The notes under the pieces: generated by a model | Databases searched by the model: none | What the model was told of the DNA's origin: nothing | Seen by the model: the letters and a program-made list of their open reading frames with translations, nothing else | Part shown: in pieces, positions 49,821-59,812 of the stretch | Layout: the number at the start of each line of letters is the position of its first letter | How positions within the stretch are numbered: the first letter of the stretch is position 1 | Assembly (NCBI GenBank): GCA_965220975.1 | Contig: OZ244855.1 | Location: 1,390,730-1,454,729 of the forward strand | Reading direction: 5' to 3' | From: Candidatus Poriferihabitans sp. | Lineage (GTDB): Bacteria > Pseudomonadota > Gammaproteobacteria > Arenicellales > Poriferihabitantaceae | Length of the DNA stretch: 64,000 nucleotides | Program-made: the position numbers and the translations under genes

Positions 49821-50984
49821 TAAAAGGCATGACCAAATCAGTAGCAGGTACTGGATCAGTTTGAAATTTTCTTTTTGCGGCAAGGTTTCGGGACGGTCGG
49901 CTTGCGGCCCGCTACGACACTGGCGTCACTCCAGCAGGCAGGTGGGGCTTCCCCCACTCCAGTCCCAGAAGCCTCTGCAGGTCGGGTTCTGTTCCAGTGT
50001 CTGGCAGCCCTTGCCGCCAAGAGCGATGAGGCGCATTGCAGGACTGTAGATCTCGTGCTTGTCCTTGTCGCGGTAGTTCAAACTGTCCTTCTCTAGCGTG
50101 AGGTACATTTCGTATCCGTCACCAAAGGTGATGTTCTGACCGCTCTTTGCCCGAATCTCAATCGTGTGCTGATGACCTTTGCGGATGATTGTTTTAGGCA
50201 ACGCTACTCGTCCATTTTCGGGATTGAAGGAATTCCAATCGCTTAAATAGGAGTCGTTTGCTGTTGCTGTTGGTATGCGAACCTCGAATTTTTCGTAGTT
50301 GTTATTGGCTTGTATGAGAAGAATATGGGTCCCACTCCACGCATTCCCGTCACTCTGCGACGGAGGAATCCGCAGCCGCAAGGTCGCCACCCGTCCATGC
50401 TCGCCACACCCCGTCAGCACATTGGGACCGGTATTGACCAGCACGATGACCGGCTTGTAGTTGTTGTGGGCGCGAACGACCTCGGCTGTGGCCAGGGTGG
50501 GCAGTAGTGTCAAGGCCACCAGCACGGTGGCAAGGACCGTCAGGCGGTCAAGGGGGGGGGGGCAATGTCATTAACTTAAGCATTGTTTATCTCCAAATAG
50601 TTATCGATTGTAGTAATTATTAAAAGATTGAGATCATTATTATACGAAAATGCTCTCGTTTTTCGTAATATTTAGATATTTGGGCATTTTTAACCGCCAA
50701 AGCCATACTCAAGGAAACAACAATTCCTAAAGTTAGTGACATTAGGGGGGCTCACGTGTCGCATGGTAAGGTCACCCGTGTGAATGTCCTGCAGTCTAGA
50801 AGCTTGAGCGACTCGAAGGCAAATTCTATTTTCAAACTCAGACACTGCCATTTATTTCGTGTCGTGTTCATGTCATAACTGCTATTAAAGAATGCTCAGA
50901 TAAATGGCATACAGGTATAGCATGCCAACCTGAACATTCAGTTGATTTAGAGGTGTTTTATTATAGTTCAGCACACCAGTCAAG
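49821..50984. repeat. Segmental duplication, copy 2 (partner 44969-46034)
   Basis: See copy 1; the offset changes from 4949 to 4950 across the G tract. Confidence 0.95.
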
Positions 50985-51124
50985 TATTATGACGGAATAA
51001 ATCTGACTGGAATATGACCGGAAATTATTTACTCACCCCCTCAGTAACTAATTTCTGGACGGTTGGTCGGCGTCTCAGACGGTCGCCCTTCGTTGAACCT
51101 TCCCGCCCGTAGTGGTATCCAGTA
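49849..51124. mobile_element. 1276-bp non-autonomous cargo cassette inserted in tnpB
   Basis: Ends are TACTGGAT/ATCCAGTA with GCAGG on both sides (equivalently a 10-bp direct repeat CAGTAGCAGG); removal restores the tnpB frame (KSVAG|TVDNPGKN). Confidence 0.8.
49926..50583 (-). pseudogene. Secreted 4-Cys protein paralogue B, frameshifted in C11 tract (possibly phase-OFF)
   Basis: ATG 50583 gives MLKLMTLPPPP*; removing one C restores a ~218-aa homologue of 45004-45633 with no other lesion. Confidence 0.75.
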
Positions 51125-51621
51125 GCAGGAACGGTTGACAATCCGGGCAAGAATGGAATAGCGAAGTCTGGTTTGAATCGTGAAATAAACGAAACAGGTT
51201 GGTATGGACTGGAACAGAAACTGAATTACAAGGCAGAGGTAGTCAAGATCAACTCGGCCTACACTTCGCAAGCGTGCAGTGCTTGCGGTCATGTCAGCAA
51301 GGAGAATCGAACATCGCAAGCGGTGTTCAGGTGCATGGCCTGTGGCCATGCCGAAAACGCGGAGCTGAACGCGGCCCGCAACATGCTGGCCTCCGGGATT
51401 GGGGCATCTGCACGGGGAGGGGCGTTATCGTTGGATACCCCTTTGATCCGTGAAAAGATATACGCTGTTGGCAACGGTTGATATTGCAAACAACTATATA
51501 ATTCCCCTTTTTTAACCCCTGCAAATCTACCTATTTGCCCATGTCCGAATCGCAATGTTGCATTGCAAGAAAACTCAAGCAATGCCTCTTTTGGGTGAAC
51601 TCCTGTTTTGGACCGTGAACT

Positions 51622-53741
<2,120 letters not shown>

Positions 53742-54039
53742 AAATAGAACGAAACTCTGGCAGGTACCATCATTCTCGCGAAACACTCATGGTTTGCAGC
53801 AAAAAAAGTGAGCATGCCAAGAGTGTCCTGATATAGAATTAGTTCAAGCCTTGCAACACTGGGTATTCTCTCCGGTTTTCACTGACAGTTGACTAACAGG
53901 TGCTGGTCGAGTCATGCTCAGAGTCTAGCAAGGGTTTATCAATTCATTTTCCCGGTGGAATTTGACCCTGGCACATCAAGAACTTGGCACTGGATTATCG
54001 AATACAATCTTTATTCACCTTGTTTTTTAAATTTATTGC

Positions 54040-55314
54040 ATGGACATATCTATGTTTGACAAGAATCTATCGATCGCACAGCTTGACCCGGAACTCTGGG
54101 AAGCTCTTGAGAATGAAAAAAGCCGTCAGGAACATCATATAGAACTGATCGCCTCGGAGAACTTCGTTAGTCCACGTGTATTATCAATTCAGGGTTCCGT
54201 ATTAACCAACAAATATGCGGAAGGTTATCCGGGCAAGCGGTATTACGGTGGTTGCGAGCACGTTGATGTAGCTGAATCACTAGCTATCGAACGAGCCAAA
54301 ACCCTGTTTCATGCTGACTTTGCCAATGTTCAACCACACTCAGGCTCTTCTGCAAATGCAGCTGTATACATGGCTCTGTTGGAACCTGGCGATACAATAC
54401 TGGGCATGAGTTTGGCTCATGGTGGACACTTAACTCATGGAGCAACAGTCAATTTTTCGGGAAAAATCTATCAAGCGGTTCAATACGGCCTAGACTCTGA
54501 AACCGGCCTGGTTGACTATGAGCAAGTTGAAGAATTAGCAATGGAACATCGACCAAAGATGATCGTAGCCGGATTCTCAGCCTACTCTCGTTTCATGGAC
54601 TGGGAGCGTTTTCGCAAAATTGCAGATCAAATTGATGCCTATCTGTTTGTCGATATGGCTCATGTTGCTGGCTTGGTAGCGGCGGGTCTCTACCCCAACC
54701 CAGTCCCAATTGCAGATGTAACAACCACAACCACACACAAGACACTGAGGGGAGCTCGTGGTGGAATGATCCTGGCCAGAGCCAATCAGGAAATAACTCG
54801 AAAATTGAACTCACTTGTTTTCCCCGGCACCCAGGGCGGACCACTAATGCATGCGATCGCAGCCAAGGCCATGGCCTTCAAGGAAGCTTTAGACCCATCA
54901 TTCATTGCCTATCAACAGAACACTCTGGATAATGCCAAAGCGATGGTTGAGGGATTCCAGGCACGTGACTACAAGATTGTATCGGGAGGAACGGACAATC
55001 ACCTGTTTCTTCTTGACCTGATTGACAAGGATATCACTGGCAAAGATGGTGATGCTGCTTGCGGACGAGCGAATATCACGCTGAACAAGAATTCGGTTCC
55101 AAATGATCCTCGTTCACCGTTTGTAACAAGCGGTTTGCGGATGGGTACTCCAGCAATAACAACTCGAGGATTTGGCACCAAGGAGGCACAGGATATAGCC
55201 AACTGGATTTGCGATATACTAGACAATCTTGGAGATGCATCCGTTGAAAAAGCAGTCCGGGAACAAGTGCTGGATGTCTGTTCGAGGTTCCCGTTGTACA
55301 AGGGTATTTTGTAA
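54040..55314 (+). CDS. glyA: Serine hydroxymethyltransferase
   Basis: [38 protein letters not shown] motif. Confidence 0.98.
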   Translation: MDISMFDKNLSIAQLDPELWEALENEKSRQEHHIELIASENFVSPRVLSIQGSVLTNKYAEGYPGKRYYGGCEHVDVAESLAIERAKTLFHADFANVQPHSGSSANAAVYMALLEPGDTILGMSLAHGGHLTHGATVNFSGKIYQAVQYGLDSETGLVDYEQVEELAMEHRPKMIVAGFSAYSRFMDWERFRKIADQIDAYLFVDMAHVAGLVAAGLYPNPVPIADVTTTTTHKTLRGARGGMILARANQEITRKLNSLVFPGTQGGPLMHAIAAKAMAFKEALDPSFIAYQQNTLDNAKAMVEGFQARDYKIVSGGTDNHLFLLDLIDKDITGKDGDAACGRANITLNKNSVPNDPRSPFVTSGLRMGTPAITTRGFGTKEAQDIANWICDILDNLGDASVEKAVREQVLDVCSRFPLYKGIL

Positions 55315-55374
55315 CTTTCAACTGCAGGAAATTTCCTGGCAATCATCCACCAACTTCAAAACATTCAATCAAAT

Positions 55375-55887
55375 GTGAACAATATGAAAATACTCGATAG
55401 TTCGGTATATCATGGGCCGATTGGCGATATTCGTATTGTGATGGATGAAGGCTCTCTGGTTTTTCTGGATTTCGATGAAAACAAGCAACGGAGAGGGAAT
55501 CTGCTAAACAAGCGCTATAGCAACTACTCTTTACGGGATGTTGCTTGTCCTCAACAAATTCAGATGTCCCTTGATGCTTATTTTGGGGGAGAGTTGGATG
55601 TTTTCCATCAGATAAAAATCAAACTCTCAGGAACTCCTTTTCAGAAAACTGTTTGGAGAGCGTTACAGGGAATTCCTGCTGGAGAGTCACGGTCCTACAG
55701 CAGTGTTGCAGAGGCAATTGGGCAACCTCGGGCTACTCGTGCAGTCGGTAGCGCAAACGCGAACAATCCGATATCAATCATCATTCCCTGTCATCGGGTT
55801 ATCAACCAAAATGGCGGACTTTCCGGCTATGCTGGAGGAACCGACCGTCAACGCTGGTTATTGCAGCATGAGGGTGCGTTAGCCTGA
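55375..55887 (+). CDS. ogt: Methylated-DNA-protein-cysteine methyltransferase
   Basis: GTPFQ..VW..L..IP.G, RAVGSANANNPISIIIPCHRVI active site. Confidence 0.93.
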   Translation: MNNMKILDSSVYHGPIGDIRIVMDEGSLVFLDFDENKQRRGNLLNKRYSNYSLRDVACPQQIQMSLDAYFGGELDVFHQIKIKLSGTPFQKTVWRALQGIPAGESRSYSSVAEAIGQPRATRAVGSANANNPISIIIPCHRVINQNGGLSGYAGGTDRQRWLLQHEGALA

Positions 55888-56097
55888 CAACCTTGGCGGT
55901 TTGCCTGTAGCAATCGAAAAGAAAAGCATTCATCAAAACCACCAAACTCAAAAAGGACGTGTAGCTGCATAAAACAGCAAGCTCTGATCATGCGTCAAGC
56001 GGACAGCGCTTTACCATGTCTTTTACAGGGTTGACCGAATGTTTACAACTGCAGATTTGCAGTGTATTGACTTACTCGGCGTATCTCTATCCGTTGC

Positions 56098-56184
56098 TGG
56101 TACCGAGGAAAGGACTTGAACCTTCACGGGCTAATGCCCACTAGCACCTGAAGCTAGCGCGTCTACCAATTCCGCCACCTCGGC
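56098..56184 (-). tRNA. tRNA-Leu(CAG)
   Basis: 87 nt; CTAGC-TTCAGGT-GCTAG anticodon arm; CCA end. Confidence 0.97.
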
Positions 56185-56285
56185 ATCTATTATTGCACTA
56201 TCACTCCATGAAACTGAGGGAAATTCTAAACTTAAGCAACATTTTCATGAATGAGCTGGTTGACTAAATCACATGAGTTTTAAAC

Positions 56286-56354
56286 GCGTGATATGAGATC
56301 ATGACTCCCATATCCAAATCAACCATCAACCGCAATCAGGTTGAACCGCATGAG
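56286..56354 (+). mobile_element. Solo IS200/IS605 left-end remnant
   Basis: 69-bp homologue of 48739-48807 including the hairpin and ATG; followed by only ~9 tnpB-like codons (MSNSTIKRN). Confidence 0.75.
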
Positions 56355-56448
56355 TAATTCTACAATAAAACGGAACATGTACTGGTATTGCCAACTAGCT
56401 TTGGTAATCTGGCTAATTCCAAATCTCATAGTTTAGTGCGGGATCCTT

Positions 56449-56766
56449 CTATTCGACATCAATCCTGTTATGGCTAAACTGACAAGTTGTCGGCACAGCT
56501 CCAATACTTGTTGAAAACAAACAAGGCCGAGGATCGTGGAAAAACACTTCCTCACAGAGTACGCAAACATCGATATCGCTGTCCTGTCGTTCATTGGCGC
56601 GGTTCTGATAAACACCCTGCAAGAAGGCCCTTATGACTTTCTTCCTGATCGTGATTACAACAGCAACGGCCTGCTTCATCGTACGTTCGAAACGCTCGCA
56701 GCGTTTCTGCTCGGTCTTGTCGGATAGTTGCGACCATACGATGAATACCTCCTTACCATCCAGCAT
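56449..56766 (-). pseudogene. N-terminal remnant of a cGAS/DncV-like nucleotidyltransferase (CdnE-like)
   Basis: WSQ..KTEQKRCE..ERTMKQA..FLQGVYQNRANERQDSDIDVCVLCEEVFF matches the CdnE pattern (FxQGSYxNxTNxRxDSDVD); stops after ~105 aa. Confidence 0.7.
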
Positions 56767-56934
56767 TGACCTGCTGGATGTTCTCAGGATTCCTTATAGT
56801 TCATCATATTCAATATCGGTGTAGGTATTATTGAACATACCGGCCAACCCTGATTTCGTCATTGTTATTATTGCGTGCTCCAAGATTACGGAGTTATGAG
56901 GTCAATTTAATATCGTCCTCGAATTGTAGAATGT

Positions 56935-58542
56935 TCAAATTCTGGGCAAACCCAATTCCTCAGTATATTTGTTGAGAGTATTTCGCACTCCATGAATCTT
57001 CTCATCAATTTGCTTGATACTTTTAACAACTTCATGAAGATCTATATCGGGCTCTGGCTCTCGGGTACTAACATAGCGTGGCAAGTTCAAATTGTAGTCA
57101 TTCTCTACAATTTCCGGCATGCATACCCTGCGCGAGTAACGGTCTTCTTCCTTTCGATATTGATAGGTATCAACTATCTTTTCGATATCTTCTGGCCGCA
57201 GACGATTAAGCCTTCCGTCTTTTTTGAAATATTCGCTTGCATTGATAAACAGCACATCATCTGATTTCTTGCATTTTTTCAAGACCAGAATGCACACCGA
57301 TATACCCGTTGAGAAAAATAGTTTTGCGGGTAGTCCAATCACTGTATCGATATGTTCATCGTTTAACAATTTGGTTCGAATAGTCAGTTCTGGACCACCC
57401 CGAAATAAAACTCCATGTGGAAGAACAATCGCCATTGTTCCATTTTCGTCAAGGAAATGAAAACCATGTAGTAAAAAAGCTAAGTCTGCTGACGATTTTG
57501 GGGCAAGAGCATAATTCTTGAAGCGAAAATCTTCACTTATTGCATCATTGGGCTCCCATGTATAACTGAATGGAGGATTTGCTACTACCGCATCAAATGT
57601 CAATTTTCTGGAAGGGTTGATCTCATTAAGAATTGACCAGTCATTGGCTAGCGAATCACCATGGTGAATATCAAACTCTGTATCTTTCAGCCCATGCAAG
57701 AGCATATTCATACGAGCCAAGTTAAAGGTAGTAATATTTTTCTCTTGTCCGAAGAGTTTGCCCAAGTTTTGAACGTCAAGCTGACTGCGTAGATTCAATA
57801 ATAAAGAACCTGAACCACAAGAGAAGTCCAAAACTCTGTTTAATTTTTCCCTCTTTCCGCTGGAAGGATTCTGGCTGTCAAGAGTAACGATATTTGACAA
57901 TATGCTTGACACTTCTTGTGGTGTATAAAATTCCCCTGCTTTTTTACCTGAGCCTGCAGCAAACTGACTTATCAGATATTCATAGGCATCACCCAGAATG
58001 TCGCTTTCTGTTGAGAAGTCAGAGACCCCTTCCGCTATCTTTGAAATAATCGTACAGATTGCTTTATTTCTTTCTTCGTATTTTTTACCCAGTTTATCAG
58101 AGTCGAGATTAATTTCCGAAAACAAGCCTTGAAAGGTGCTAGCAAAAGATTCATTTTCGATATATTTGAAAGATTTTTGCAAAGTGAGCAACAATTCTTG
58201 ACTCTGCGTTCTCGCCAGTTCTGTGATAGCACTCCACAAATAATCGGGATGAATCACATAATGTGTCTTGCGACGCATTTGGTCTTCAAATATCTGCTGA
58301 TCTTCCTGATCTACATTTGAGTACCAGGTCTTTAGCGGCGTAGATTGAACTTTCTGATCTGACTGCGGGTAATCACCCCCCAATTCCTTTTTAGCTGCCG
58401 CTTCATAATTTTCTGAAAGATAACGGTGAAAAAGGAATGACAGCATGTAGTCTCGGAAGTCGTCAGCATTCATGGCACCCCGCAATTGATTTGCGATATT
58501 CCAGAGTACTTTACCCAGTTGTTTTGATTGATTTTTTGTCAT
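56935..58542 (-). CDS. hsdM: Type I R-M methyltransferase
   Basis: LWNIANQLRG, GEFYTPQEVS, motif I DFSCGSGSLL, motif IV ANPPF (adenine N6 type). Confidence 0.96.
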   Translation of the reverse strand: MTKNQSKQLGKVLWNIANQLRGAMNADDFRDYMLSFLFHRYLSENYEAAAKKELGGDYPQSDQKVQSTPLKTWYSNVDQEDQQIFEDQMRRKTHYVIHPDYLWSAITELARTQSQELLLTLQKSFKYIENESFASTFQGLFSEINLDSDKLGKKYEERNKAICTIISKIAEGVSDFSTESDILGDAYEYLISQFAAGSGKKAGEFYTPQEVSSILSNIVTLDSQNPSSGKREKLNRVLDFSCGSGSLLLNLRSQLDVQNLGKLFGQEKNITTFNLARMNMLLHGLKDTEFDIHHGDSLANDWSILNEINPSRKLTFDAVVANPPFSYTWEPNDAISEDFRFKNYALAPKSSADLAFLLHGFHFLDENGTMAIVLPHGVLFRGGPELTIRTKLLNDEHIDTVIGLPAKLFFSTGISVCILVLKKCKKSDDVLFINASEYFKKDGRLNRLRPEDIEKIVDTYQYRKEEDRYSRRVCMPEIVENDYNLNLPRYVSTREPEPDIDLHEVVKSIKQIDEKIHGVRNTLNKYTEELGLPRI

Positions 58543-58552
58543 GATGTTTGGT

Positions 58553-59812
58553 TTATTGAACTGGGAACAGTTGTTGCATAAGTCCTTTCTTCAGATCCTG
58601 CAGCAAATAGATTTTTTGCTCAAGAGCTAGGATCAATTCATCCAAAGATGATAGGTAGCCGGCGATTTTTTTTTGTTCGGATAGAGGTGGAATCCTGAAA
58701 GTGAACTTCATAAAACCAGCCATATTTACCGACGCAAAACTAGACTCATTTATATTTTCACGACACCATTTACCCAATATATAGCAGTAATAAAACATAA
58801 ACTTAAGATCCAAAGCATGAGCATATTCGGGCTTAATTTCAAGAGAGATAAACCTCTGATTACAAAGGTATGGTACAGTGATTAGAGCATGCTCGCCAAT
58901 TGTGGCACTTGTTGAAATAATTATTGAATTTGCTGGAAATACATTACCGCTTTTTATAGCCTTTGGTGAAATTTTTTGCAGAGATTGACTCAGAATCCGT
59001 CCATTAGTTCGGATATCATCCATACGAAACCAAGATATCGTTCCATCTTTCCAGTATTTTTTGTTTTGCTTTGACGGTGTGTAGCCATTTTTAGTTATGA
59101 ATATATCCTCGAGAGCCCTAGCGTGAGATTCTTCACCATGCAATAATGAAAAGCGTAATTGGGGCATAGCCTGCTTCTCTCGAGGGAACAACTGTTGCAA
59201 TAGCCCTTTTTTGCAATCCTGAAGTGCATGAAGTTTTCGTTCATGCGTTTCGATTATTAGATCGATAGAGGAAAGGCAACCGGCGATTTTCTTTTGTTCA
59301 ATCGGTTTCGGAAGGAATAAATTTAATTTTTTTAGCGAACTGGAATAAAGATGATAAACAGTAGACCCCGTTACTAGTTGAAGGACTTTTCTTTCGAGAA
59401 AACGAATGTAGCGAGATAGAAACTCCCCTTTGACTTTGTTACTATTGGGACGCATTACGATCGTCCCTCCTCCAATGATTACATTATCTTGATTCACGCA
59501 ACATGCTGTTGCCAACGCATTCGGAGTTTCACCCGAATTAGGCATAAGGACATCACCCCCCTTCGAAAAGAACATATTTTGTTTATTATCAGTTCGACTA
59601 ATGATTTCCTCGATTACTTCAGAATAAACTGTGAGCAATTCTCCGTAGTGAATGGCAGGATACGCACCCTGTGGATCAAGCGAGCTCTTTGGCAAATATT
59701 TACCGCTTAGAAACTCGACTAGACTATCCATGCTGCACAATTCCCACCCTCCCGAACCCTTAAATTCGGGAAAGCGCATCCGGGGAACATTTGATTGACG
59801 CGCCTTACTCAT
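58553..59812 (-). CDS. hsdS: Type I R-M specificity subunit
   Basis: Two TRDs each followed by conserved EQKKIAG.LSS.D..I / KKGL.QQLFP repeats. Confidence 0.95.
   Translation of the reverse strand: MSKARQSNVPRMRFPEFKGSGGWELCSMDSLVEFLSGKYLPKSSLDPQGAYPAIHYGELLTVYSEVIEEIISRTDNKQNMFFSKGGDVLMPNSGETPNALATACCVNQDNVIIGGGTIVMRPNSNKVKGEFLSRYIRFLERKVLQLVTGSTVYHLYSSSLKKLNLFLPKPIEQKKIAGCLSSIDLIIETHERKLHALQDCKKGLLQQLFPREKQAMPQLRFSLLHGEESHARALEDIFITKNGYTPSKQNKKYWKDGTISWFRMDDIRTNGRILSQSLQKISPKAIKSGNVFPANSIIISTSATIGEHALITVPYLCNQRFISLEIKPEYAHALDLKFMFYYCYILGKWCRENINESSFASVNMAGFMKFTFRIPPLSEQKKIAGYLSSLDELILALEQKIYLLQDLKKGLMQQLFPVQ

Larger units (their letters stand above)
48803..51481 (+). pseudogene. tnpB: TnpB (IS200/IS605 RNA-guided nuclease), broken by one frameshift and two insertions
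   Basis: N-terminal HTH (GACRFIWNYFL), RuvC-I AGVDRNVRQVA, RuvC-II VVLEDLNIKGMTKS, zinc finger TSQACSACGH..FRCMACGH, RuvC-III NAELNAARN (canonical D appears as E). Confidence 0.9.

Noticed and set aside
49605-49883. 92-aa hydrophobic ORF resembling a membrane protein
   Set aside because: Chimeric antisense reading across the MITE, tnpB and cassette end.
44969-50984. Diversity-generating retroelement template/variable repeat pair
   Set aside because: No reverse transcriptase in the window; differences include indels and are not adenine-specific.
53750-54040. ZTP or glycine riboswitch upstream of glyA
   Set aside because: Consensus elements (GACUGGCG..CCUGGGCA; GGAGA..CCGAAG) were not found.
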